From the NCBI RefSeq assembly GCF_036588685.1, contig NC_086380.1:73036001-73100000 (forward strand): a stretch of DNA of 64,000 nucleotides, written 5' to 3'. The stretch comes from Mytilus trossulus (taxonomy: Eukaryota). Shown one piece after another: positions 25,042 to 36,797 of this stretch. Every line of letters starts with the position of its first letter. Position 1 is the stretch's first letter. The position numbers were made by a program, and so were the translations under genes. The notes under the pieces were generated by a model. That model made no database searches. It was not told where the DNA came from and saw only the letters and a program-made list of their open reading frames with translations.

Positions 25042-27467
25042 ATGGGTCTAATCCCATGGCGTCTAAGGAAATACACATTTCAGAAAGGAAACAAGCCATA
25101 TAATAAGGGGAAAAAATACAGAAATAAGACTTTACCTGCTGAAAAAGGCAAATTTGTGAGACTACCAAAAGACTTGTATGACTTAGTGACTAAATCTGTT
25201 CATAATAAGAATGTTCAACTCATTCCTGCCTCTACAAAATCAGCTCGCTTTCTAAGGCCGAAGCCTCCGACAAAAACAGAAGTTGAAAAATGTGCTGAAA
25301 ATGAAACAAAAACAGGGTAAGAATACTTTTTTTTGTTATTAAGCTTTCAAAAATAATTAAACTTGCTTAAAAAAGTCACTTATAAACAACTATGAAGAAA
25401 AAGGCATGTGTCTTATATGCCAATTCTTTAAATGTGACAGCTGAAGAAAATGCAAGCTAGGATAATACTTATTTTTAAATTTCTAGTCCTATATATATTT
25501 TCAAGAATTAAATAGTGCATGATTTTTATATATAATATATATAAAAACACAGGCAAAGAAAAAAATATGCACTTTTGAGAGTAAATTTGATCATTAAGCT
25601 TATTTAAAGAAAACACTATTGTAAGGGAGGTAATTCAAAATAAAATTATTTTCACCTTTCCAAAACTTAGTTTTTACAAATAAAAAACTAATTCACTTCA
25701 ATTTTGGCAACATTTTTCAACTTCAGGTCAGAGAAAAATAGTTTTCGACTCCTTCGGATCAATGAACTTGAACAGATGTGGAATGAGGTTTTCATAGAAC
25801 ACAGAAAAATATCCCCTATGTGTACAGGGTTCATATCATGGGATTTAAGTGCAGAACAGCAAAGAGGGGCTGCCTGGAGGGAAAAGGCAAGCTGCAATAA
25901 GTGTTCTTACCATTCAAAAATGTTCAACCTTTACAATGAGGTGATCGCAAAGAAACGTGGTCGTCGAACAGCAGCTATTAATCTATCCATACAAGTCGCA
26001 CTTAATCACATAGCTATCAGCACAACTGGTCTACAGAAATTATTTCTTGGTTCTAATATACCAGCTCCTTCCACTTCAAGTATGCAACACAGTGCTAATG
26101 TTGTTTCTGAAATTATAGAAGAGTACAATCAAAAGGATTTGGTTCAGAAAAGAAAATTACTGAAGGAAATAAACATATTAAGAGGTGATAATCCTAATAT
26201 TATTAACATTCAGGCCGACGGAATGTATAATAACCCTATTTATTCCGGAATGGGTAAAACACCATTTCAACCAGCTACTCAATGTACGTATAACATGTTA
26301 GAAAATAATACTTATAAGCACAGTATTGTAAGCACAAGACAAGTGTCTAAGCTTTGCTCAAATAAGAGTGAACATAAAACAAAAACAAAAGTTAAATCTC
26401 ACAAAGGTCACTGTTCCGCAAACATTGAAATGCATGACAGCATAGGCAGTGAGGAGCGATGGGCTAAAGACTGCTTGTTAGACCTGAAAAATGATGGTCT
26501 GGAAGTTCAAGAAATTACCACTGACCCTGACAGCAGTGCATTTAGAGCTGCAGAGTCTCTCTTTAAAGCTGGTACAACCAATACTCAGCCAATTCATTTT
26601 CTAGATACGAGACATGTGTCCGCAAATCATAGAAATTTTATTAAAAAAATGTCAGGTCTGAAGGAAATAATGCCGGCACGATTAGTTTCAGAGAAAGATA
26701 AAATGCTAAAAAGGTTTGCATTAGATATGGCAGCACGTTGTCAGGCAGAGTACAATGCTGCCTTTGATAAATTCAATATGGACTCTGTACGGGTAAAAGT
26801 TCACCTATCATATGCATGTCATGCTATAGTTTCTTGCTATCAGGGCGATCATAATGGTTGTACAAAATATTCCCTTGTTTGTTCAAATAGGAACAGTTTG
26901 AAGACATGGACTGAAAAATCAGCTTATCTGAAAAATAACTTTAAATTAAATAAATCAGAGAACACAGCAGCATTGTTACGTGAATGCGTAAAATATCGCC
27001 TTGGACCTACCATGCTAAACTGTACATGCAAAAACACTAACACACAAAAAGCTGAAGCAACTAACCGTGCAATACGTGCAACTGTACCTAGCAATGTAAC
27101 ATTTACCAGAAACTATAAAGGAAGGGTACATACAGCTATACATAACGTAAATAATGGCCCTGGAGAATCCATCGTGAAACTCTGTCAAGCGGCTGGGGTT
27201 CCCATCGAACCAGGAAGTCGTGCTGCCCATGGTCTGAAAAATATTCAACAACATAATGAAAAACATAAATCATATAAGCAGTCAAAGAAGTACACAGATC
27301 AGAGATGCTCAAAAAAACATGAACTGTATAAAATATATGATGAGCATCAAGAGGAAAAAGACTATGAGAAAAACAAACTTTTACCGACAAAACGACTGGC
27401 CGCAAAACAACCTCAAGAGTATTCGTTTGCCAAAAAACTCCGATCAAGACATGTTAAAAATAAATAA
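25042..27467 (+). CDS. DDD/E transposase, two exons (intron 25317-25726)
   Basis: Identical copy. Confidence 0.87.
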
Positions 27468-27477
27468 ATTACCTGCA

Positions 27478-27936
27478 TCAGATAAGACAACACGGTAAAT
27501 GATTATTTGTACACTGTTTTGCCCGTCTACAGAAAATTCTCTCTATGTTTATACTGTGCGACTCTAAGATCAGGTGCTCCGGTTTAATACATTTGGGGTT
27601 ATGGCAAAGGTGTGAAATATCTAAAGGATCACCGTTTGGAGAGAAACGGGGAAGATTTTCTTTTAATATTCTTTTATCTAGCATATAAGATAATCTGTGA
27701 GCTCTTTCAAGAGTTCTAGTGCCATCAGGCCAATTCATAACTTTTTTCCCATAGACCCCATGCTCCAAAGCTCCAACCCACACTGTACAGTCATAATTTC
27801 CATGATTTTTTTCACTTTTCTTAGACAAAGCTAAAGCCAATGCATTCCAAAATGATTCCATGTTGTTTCTGTAAAATGAAAACCCAAAAGGGGTCCGAAA
27901 TTGGGATCCCAGGGAGGCTGAGGGGTGAATTCCCAT
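27478..27936 (-). CDS. His-Me finger endonuclease
   Basis: Identical copy. Confidence 0.9.
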   Translation of the reverse strand: MGIHPSASLGSQFRTPFGFSFYRNNMESFWNALALALSKKSEKNHGNYDCTVWVGALEHGVYGKKVMNWPDGTRTLERAHRLSYMLDKRILKENLPRFSPNGDPLDISHLCHNPKCIKPEHLILESHSINIERIFCRRAKQCTNNHLPCCLI

Positions 27937-28651
27937 TATTTACCTTATACTGTACTTTCAAACCCCTTTTAGTATCAAAATATTCTTATATTCTTGTTGT
28001 TATATATGTAAGTAATAGAAAATAATAAGTTACAATGGTAGTTTTTTCATTATTGTATTTTTATAGTACTTCTAGTAACTATACCCTGTTTGCGGCAAGA
28101 TGTGTTTTTTTCCTGTTCACTATTTTTTTTTTTTTTATGCAATTTATATTTTTTTTTGTCTACTTAATAAACTCATTATATATTTGTGTTTTTCTTGTAC
28201 CTTTGTGTAATAGCTATTTGAATCATGGTTAGTTTTACTACAATCTGTTTATTTTGTAGAATTTTTGTTTTCTTTATGTACTATACCATAAAATGCATAA
28301 AAAGTTGTCATACAAGCTTCAAAAAACTATCCCTATAACAAAAACATACACCTTATCTTTACTTTCTGTTTATGTTATAGCACACAAGCCTGTCAGCACT
28401 GATAAAAAAATTCAATGAAGAGAGGTCAAATTATATGAACTTGTCAAATTACAAAATAATGAGATTAACCATCATGATGATTTTTATATGATTTATATAA
28501 AAAATCTTACATCTGGGGTCACCTTCAGTACCATCTGATATAAACAAAAAACTTAGTCATTCATGATTGTTTAGTTGTAAGGTCCTATATTTGTTATTTA
28601 AATATTAAAATACTGGAATAAAGTGCATTTCAAACAATTCTTACAATAACA

Positions 28652-31077
28652 ATGGGTCTAATCCCATGGCGTCTAAGGAAATACACATTTCAGAAAGGAA
28701 ACAAGCCATATAATAAGGGGAAAAAATACAGAAATAAGACTTTACCTGCTGAAAAAGGCAAATTTGTGAGACTACCAAAAGACTTGTATGACTTAGTGAC
28801 TAAATCTGTTCATAATAAGAATGTTCAACTCATTCCTGCCTCTACAAAATCAGCTCGCTTTCTAAGGCCGAAGCCTCCGACAAAAACAGAAGTTGAAAAA
28901 TGTGCTGAAAATGAAACAAAAACAGGGTAAGAATACTTTTTTTTGTTATTAAGCTTTCAAAAATAATTAAACTTGCTTAAAAAAGTCACTTATAAACAAC
29001 TATGAAGAAAAAGGCATGTGTCTTATATGCCAATTCTTTAAATGTGACAGCTGAAGAAAATGCAAGCTAGGATAATACTTATTTTTAAATTTCTAGTCCT
29101 ATATATATTTTCAAGAATTAAATAGTGCATGATTTTTATATATAATATATATAAAAACACAGGCAAAGAAAAAAATATGCACTTTTGAGAGTAAATTTGA
29201 TCATTAAGCTTATTTAAAGAAAACACTATTGTAAGGGAGGTAATTCAAAATAAAATTATTTTCACCTTTCCAAAACTTAGTTTTTACAAATAAAAAACTA
29301 ATTCACTTCAATTTTGGCAACATTTTTCAACTTCAGGTCAGAGAAAAATAGTTTTCGACTCCTTCGGATCAATGAACTTGAACAGATGTGGAATGAGGTT
29401 TTCATAGAACACAGAAAAATATCCCCTATGTGTACAGGGTTCATATCATGGGATTTAAGTGCAGAACAGCAAAGAGGGGCTGCCTGGAGGGAAAAGGCAA
29501 GCTGCAATAAGTGTTCTTACCATTCAAAAATGTTCAACCTTTACAATGAGGTGATCGCAAAGAAACGTGGTCGTCGAACAGCAGCTATTAATCTATCCAT
29601 ACAAGTCGCACTTAATCACATAGCTATCAGCACAACTGGTCTACAGAAATTATTTCTTGGTTCTAATATACCAGCTCCTTCCACTTCAAGTATGCAACAC
29701 AGTGCTAATGTTGTTTCTGAAATTATAGAAGAGTACAATCAAAAGGATTTGGTTCAGAAAAGAAAATTACTGAAGGAAATAAACATATTAAGAGGTGATA
29801 ATCCTAATATTATTAACATTCAGGCCGACGGAATGTATAATAACCCTATTTATTCCGGAATGGGTAAAACACCATTTCAACCAGCTACTCAATGTACGTA
29901 TAACATGTTAGAAAATAATACTTATAAGCACAGTATTGTAAGCACAAGACAAGTGTCTAAGCTTTGCTCAAATAAGAGTGAACATAAAACAAAAACAAAA
30001 GTTAAATCTCACAAAGGTCACTGTTCCGCAAACATTGAAATGCATGACAGCATAGGCAGTGAGGAGCGATGGGCTAAAGACTGCTTGTTAGACCTGAAAA
30101 ATGATGGTCTGGAAGTTCAAGAAATTACCACTGACCCTGACAGCAGTGCATTTAGAGCTGCAGAGTCTCTCTTTAAAGCTGGTACAACCAATACTCAGCC
30201 AATTCATTTTCTAGATACGAGACATGTGTCCGCAAATCATAGAAATTTTATTAAAAAAATGTCAGGTCTGAAGGAAATAATGCCGGCACGATTAGTTTCA
30301 GAGAAAGATAAAATGCTAAAAAGGTTTGCATTAGATATGGCAGCACGTTGTCAGGCAGAGTACAATGCTGCCTTTGATAAATTCAATATGGACTCTGTAC
30401 GGGTAAAAGTTCACCTATCATATGCATGTCATGCTATAGTTTCTTGCTATCAGGGCGATCATAATGGTTGTACAAAATATTCCCTTGTTTGTTCAAATAG
30501 GAACAGTTTGAAGACATGGACTGAAAAATCAGCTTATCTGAAAAATAACTTTAAATTAAATAAATCAGAGAACACAGCAGCATTGTTACGTGAATGCGTA
30601 AAATATCGCCTTGGACCTACCATGCTAAACTGTACATGCAAAAACACTAACACACAAAAAGCTGAAGCAACTAACCGTGCAATACGTGCAACTGTACCTA
30701 GCAATGTAACATTTACCAGAAACTATAAAGGAAGGGTACATACAGCTATACATAACGTAAATAATGGCCCTGGAGAATCCATCGTGAAACTCTGTCAAGC
30801 GGCTGGGGTTCCCATCGAACCAGGAAGTCGTGCTGCCCATGGTCTGAAAAATATTCAACAACATAATGAAAAACATAAATCATATAAGCAGTCAAAGAAG
30901 TACACAGATCAGAGATGCTCAAAAAAACATGAACTGTATAAAATATATGATGAGCATCAAGAGGAAAAAGACTATGAGAAAAACAAACTTTTACCGACAA
31001 AACGACTGGCCGCAAAACAACCTCAAGAGTATTCGTTTGCCAAAAAACTCCGATCAAGACATGTTAAAAATAAATAA
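28652..31077 (+). CDS. DDD/E transposase, two exons (intron 28927-29336)
   Basis: Identical copy. Confidence 0.87.
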
Positions 31078-31087
31078 ATTACCTGCA

Positions 31088-31546
31088 TCAGATAAGACAA
31101 CACGGTAAATGATTATTTGTACACTGTTTTGCCCGTCTACAGAAAATTCTCTCTATGTTTATACTGTGCGACTCTAAGATCAGGTGCTCCGGTTTAATAC
31201 ATTTGGGGTTATGGCAAAGGTGTGAAATATCTAAAGGATCACCGTTTGGAGAGAAACGGGGAAGATTTTCTTTTAATATTCTTTTATCTAGCATATAAGA
31301 TAATCTGTGAGCTCTTTCAAGAGTTCTAGTGCCATCAGGCCAATTCATAACTTTTTTCCCATAGACCCCATGCTCCAAAGCTCCAACCCACACTGTACAG
31401 TCATAATTTCCATGATTTTTTTCACTTTTCTTAGACAAAGCTAAAGCCAATGCATTCCAAAATGATTCCATGTTGTTTCTGTAAAATGAAAACCCAAAAG
31501 GGGTCCGAAATTGGGATCCCAGGGAGGCTGAGGGGTGAATTCCCAT
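31088..31546 (-). CDS. His-Me finger endonuclease (LDR dimer immediately upstream)
   Basis: Identical copy. Confidence 0.9.
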   Translation of the reverse strand: MGIHPSASLGSQFRTPFGFSFYRNNMESFWNALALALSKKSEKNHGNYDCTVWVGALEHGVYGKKVMNWPDGTRTLERAHRLSYMLDKRILKENLPRFSPNGDPLDISHLCHNPKCIKPEHLILESHSINIERIFCRRAKQCTNNHLPCCLI

Positions 31547-31559
31547 TATTTACCTTATA

Positions 31560-32018
31560 GGTTGCACTTGTGTAAAACCAGCAATGCAATTTTCCATAGG
31601 AACTGCCTAAATTGCATATGCAGTCACTCTTCATTCAGGAAGTTTTGAGGAGAATGTTAGATTTCCCTGGAAAGGAGACATGCACTACTTTTTTTTGCAC
31701 TAATAAAAACATATAGCTGTGCGGCATATTTTCAAGTTTTACTGCCCTCCATTTATAAACATTGCAGGTTCGCACTGAATTTTTCCATTAAATTTGACTC
31801 AACACCCAAATGTCTTCCAGTCCTCCTGAAAAATAAGTTAAATAAATAGACATTTTTATTTATATCCATTTAATTCTCCAATCAAGTCTTAATTAAAAAA
31901 AAAAAACTTTGCATCCATGGCAACAACTATGTAAACAGTAGCAGTATTTAGTGCACATTCAATTTCTCCCCAAAAGAGGCGTGACTTGCAAATCACACGT
32001 GATTTACAAAGTGCAACC
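31560..32018 (+). mobile_element. 459-bp LDR (long direct repeat) / non-autonomous TIR module, copy 1
   Basis: Starts GGTTGCACTTGTGTAAA and ends TTTACAAAGTGCAACC (10-bp perfect TIR, extending to ~16 bp with one bulge). Flanked by TATA at 31556-31559 and 32019-32022. Absent from most unit junctions. Confidence 0.93.
31878..32001. promoter_or_regulatory. Candidate promoter motif cluster in the LDR (also in LDR copies 2 and 3)
   Basis: CCAATCA (31878-31884), RFX X-box-like GCATCCATGGCAAC (31911-31924), forkhead-like TGTAAACA (31930-31937), E-box CACGTG (31996-32001). These are motif matches only. Confidence 0.4.
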
Positions 32019-32022
32019 TATA

Positions 32023-32481
32023 GGTTGCACTTGTGTAAAACCAGCAATGCAATTTTCCATAGGAACTGCCTAAATTGCATATGCAGTCACTCTTCATTCA
32101 GGAAGTTTTGAGGAGAATGTTAGATTTCCCTGGAAAGGAGACATGCACTACTTTTTTTTGCACTAATAAAAACATATAGCTGTGCGGCATATTTTCAAGT
32201 TTTACTGCCCTCCATTTATAAACATTGCAGGTTCGCACTGAATTTTTCCATTAAATTTGACTCAACACCCAAATGTCTTCCAGTCCTCCTGAAAAATAAG
32301 TTAAATAAATAGACATTTTTATTTATATCCATTTAATTCTCCAATCAAGTCTTAATTAAAAAAAAAAAACTTTGCATCCATGGCAACAACTATGTAAACA
32401 GTAGCAGTATTTAGTGCACATTCAATTTCTCCCCAAAAGAGGCGTGACTTGCAAATCACACGTGATTTACAAAGTGCAACC
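32023..32481 (+). mobile_element. 459-bp LDR / non-autonomous TIR module, copy 2 (tandem with copy 1)
   Basis: Same sequence and orientation as 31560-32018; flanked by TATA at 32019-32022 and 32482-32485. Confidence 0.93.
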
Positions 32482-33187
32482 TATACTGTACTTTCAAACC
32501 CCTTTTAGTATCAAAATATTCTTATATTCTTGTTGTTATATATGTAAGTAATAGAAAATAATAAGTTACAATGGTAGTTTTTTCATTATTGTATTTTTAT
32601 AGTACTTCTAGTAACTATACCCTGTTTGCGGCAAGATGTGTTTTTTTCCTGTTCACTATTTTTTTTTTTTTTATGCAATTTATATTTTTTTTTGTCTACT
32701 TAATAAACTCATTATATATTTGTGTTTTTCTTGTACCTTTGTGTAATAGCTATTTGAATCATGGTTAGTTTTACTACAATCTGTTTATTTTGTAGAATTT
32801 TTGTTTTCTTTATGTACTATACCATAAAATGCATAAAAAGTTGTCATACAAGCTTCAAAAAACTATCCCTATAACAAAAACATACACCTTATCTTTACTT
32901 TCTGTTTATGTTATAGCACACAAGCCTGTCAGCACTGATAAAAAAATTCAATGAAGAGAGGTCAAATTATATGAACTTGTCAAATTACAAAATAATGAGA
33001 TTAACCATCATGATGATTTTTATATGATTTATATAAAAAATCTTACATCTGGGGTCACCTTCAGTACCATCTGATATAAACAAAAAACTTAGTCATTCAT
33101 GATTGTTTAGTTGTAAGGTCCTATATTTGTTATTTAAATATTAAAATACTGGAATAAAGTGCATTTCAAACAATTCTTACAATAACA

Positions 33188-35613
33188 ATGGGTCTAATCC
33201 CATGGCGTCTAAGGAAATACACATTTCAGAAAGGAAACAAGCCATATAATAAGGGGAAAAAATACAGAAATAAGACTTTACCTGCTGAAAAAGGCAAATT
33301 TGTGAGACTACCAAAAGACTTGTATGACTTAGTGACTAAATCTGTTCATAATAAGAATGTTCAACTCATTCCTGCCTCTACAAAATCAGCTCGCTTTCTA
33401 AGGCCGAAGCCTCCGACAAAAACAGAAGTTGAAAAATGTGCTGAAAATGAAACAAAAACAGGGTAAGAATACTTTTTTTTGTTATTAAGCTTTCAAAAAT
33501 AATTAAACTTGCTTAAAAAAGTCACTTATAAACAACTATGAAGAAAAAGGCATGTGTCTTATATGCCAATTCTTTAAATGTGACAGCTGAAGAAAATGCA
33601 AGCTAGGATAATACTTATTTTTAAATTTCTAGTCCTATATATATTTTCAAGAATTAAATAGTGCATGATTTTTATATATAATATATATAAAAACACAGGC
33701 AAAGAAAAAAATATGCACTTTTGAGAGTAAATTTGATCAAAAAGCTTATTTAAAGAAAACACTATTGTAAGGGAGGTAATTCAAAATAAAATTATTTTCA
33801 CCTTTCCAAAACTTAGTTTTTACAAATAAAAAACTAATTCACTTCAATTTTGGCAACATTTTTCAACTTCAGGTCAGAGAAAAATAGTTTTCGACTCCTT
33901 CGGATCAATGAACTTGAACAGATGTGGAATGAGGTTTTCATAGAACACAGAAAAATATCCCCTATGTGTACAGGGTTCATATCATGGGATTTAAGTGCAG
34001 AACAGCAAAGAGGGGCTGCCTGGAGGGAAAAGGCAAGCTGCAATAAGTGTTCTTACCATTCAAAAATGTTCAACCTTTACAATGAGGTGATCGCAAAGAA
34101 ACGTGGTCGTCGAACAGCAGCTATTAATCTATCCATACAAGTCGCACTTAATCACATAGCTATCAGCACAACTGGTCTACAGAAATTATTTCTTGGTTCT
34201 AATATACCAGCTCCTTCCACTTCAAGTATGCAACACAGTGCTAATGTTGTTTCTGAAATTATAGAAGAGTACAATCAAAAGGATTTGGTTCAGAAAAGAA
34301 AATTACTGAAGGAAATAAACATATTAAGAGGTGATAATCCTAATATTATTAACATTCAGGCCGACGGAATGTATAATAACCCTATTTATTCCGGAATGGG
34401 TAAAACACCATTTCAACCAGCTACTCAATGTACGTATAACATGTTAGAAAATAATACTTATAAGCACAGTATTGTAAGCACAAGACAAGTGTCTAAGCTT
34501 TGCTCAAATAAGAGTGAACATAAAACAAAAACAAAAGTTAAATCTCACAAAGGTCACTGTTCCGCAAACATTGAAATGCATGACAGCATAGGCAGTGAGG
34601 AGCGATGGGCTAAAGACTGCTTGTTAGACCTGAAAAATGATGGTCTGGAAGTTCAAGAAATTACCACTGACCCTGACAGCAGTGCATTTAGAGCTGCAGA
34701 GTCTCTCTTTAAAGCTGGTACAACCAATACTCAGCCAATTCATTTTCTAGATACGAGACATGTGTCCGCAAATCATAGAAATTTTATTAAAAAAATGTCA
34801 GGTCTGAAGGAAATAATGCCGGCACGATTAGTTTCAGAGAAAGATAAAATGCTAAAAAGGTTTGCATTAGATATGGCAGCACGTTGTCAGGCAGAGTACA
34901 ATGCTGCCTTTGATAAATTCAATATGGACTCTGTACGGGTAAAAGTTCACCTATCATATGCATGTCATGCTATAGTTTCTTGCTATCAGGGCGATCATAA
35001 TGGTTGTACAAAATATTCCCTTGTTTGTTCAAATAGGAACAGTTTGAAGACATGGACTGAAAAATCAGCTTATCTGAAAAATAACTTTAAATTAAATAAA
35101 TCAGAAAACACAGCAGCATTGTTACGTGAATGCGTAAAATATCGCCTTGGACCTACCATGCTAAACTGTACATGCAAAAACACTAACACACAAAAAGCTG
35201 AAGCAACTAACCGTGCAATACGTGCAACTGTACCTAGCAATGTAACATTTACCAGAAACTATAAAGGAAGGGTACATACAGCTATACATAACGTAAATAA
35301 TGGCCCTGGAGAATCCATCGTGAAACTCTGTCAAGCGGCTGGGGTTCCCATCGAACCAGGAAGTCGTGCTGCCCATGGTCTGAAAAATATTCAACAACAT
35401 AATGAAAAACATAAATCATATAAGCAGTCAAAGAAGTACACAGATCAGAGATGCTCAAAAAAACATGAACTGTATAAAATATATGATGAGCATCAAGAGG
35501 AAAAAGACTATGAGAAAAACAAACTTTTACCGACAAAACGACTGGCCGCAAAACAACCTCAAGAGTATTCGTTTGCCAAAAAACTCCGATCAAGACATGT
35601 TAAAAATAAATAA
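33188..35613 (+). CDS. DDD/E transposase, two exons (intron 33463-33872); directly downstream of the LDR dimer
   Basis: Same protein; synonymous GAG>GAA at 35106. Confidence 0.87.
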
Positions 35614-35623
35614 ATTACCTGCA

Positions 35624-36082
35624 TCAGATAAGACAACACGGTAAATGATTATTTGTACACTGTTTTGCCCGTCTACAGAAAATTCTCTCTATGTTTATAC
35701 TGTGCGACTCTAAGATCAGGTGCTCCGGTTTAATACATTTGGGGTTATGGCAAAGGTGTGAAATATCTAAAGGATCACCGTTTGGAGAGAAACGGGGAAG
35801 ATTTTCTTTTAATATTCTTTTATCTAGCATATAAGATAATCTGTGAGCTCTTTCAAGAGTTCTAGTGCCATCAGGCCAATTCATAACTTTTTTCCCATAG
35901 ACCCCATGCTCCAAAGCTCCAACCCACACTGTACAGTCATAATTTCCATGATTTTTTTCACTTTTCTTAGACAAAGCTAAAGCCAATGCATTCCAAAATG
36001 ATTCCATGTTGTTTCTGTAAAATGAAAACCCAAAAGGGGTCCGAAATTGGGATCCCAGGGAGGCTGAGGGGTGAATTCCCAT
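35624..36082 (-). CDS. His-Me finger endonuclease
   Basis: Identical copy. Confidence 0.9.
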   Translation of the reverse strand: MGIHPSASLGSQFRTPFGFSFYRNNMESFWNALALALSKKSEKNHGNYDCTVWVGALEHGVYGKKVMNWPDGTRTLERAHRLSYMLDKRILKENLPRFSPNGDPLDISHLCHNPKCIKPEHLILESHSINIERIFCRRAKQCTNNHLPCCLI

Positions 36083-36797
36083 TATTTACCTTATACTGTA
36101 CTTTCAAACCCCTTTTAGTATCAAAATATTCTTATATTCTTGTTGTTATATATGTAAGTAATAGAAAATAATAAGTTACAATGGTAGTTTTTTCATTATT
36201 GTATTTTTATAGTACTTCTAGTAACTATACCCTGTTTGCGGCAAGATGTGTTTTTTTCCTGTTCACTATTTTTTTTTTTTTTATGCAATTTATATTTTTT
36301 TTTGTCTACTTAATAAACTCATTATATATTTGTGTTTTTCTTGTACCTTTGTGTAATAGCTATTTGAATCATGGTTAGTTTTACTACAATCTGTTTATTT
36401 TGTAGAATTTTTGTTTTCTTTATGTACTATACCATAAAATGCATAAAAAGTTGTCATACAAGCTTCAAAAAACTATCCCTATAACAAAAACATACACCTT
36501 ATCTTTACTTTCTGTTTATGTTATAGCACACAAGCCTGTCAGCACTGATAAAAAAATTCAATGAAGAGAGGTCAAATTATATGAACTTGTCAAATTACAA
36601 AATAATGAGATTAACCATCATGATGATTTTTATATGATTTATATAAAAAATCTTACATCTGGGGTCACCTTCAGTACCATCTGATATAAACAAAAAACTT
36701 AGTCATTCATGATTGTTTAGTTGTAAGGTCCTATATTTGTTATTTAAATATTAAAATACTGGAATAAAGTGCATTTCAAACAATTCTTACAATAACA

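Noticed and set aside
31431-31634. 67-aa minus-strand ORF created across the LDR/INT junction (also 39577-39780)
   Set aside because: Out of frame with the nuclease, no recognisable motif, and spans the predicted intron; at most a uORF.
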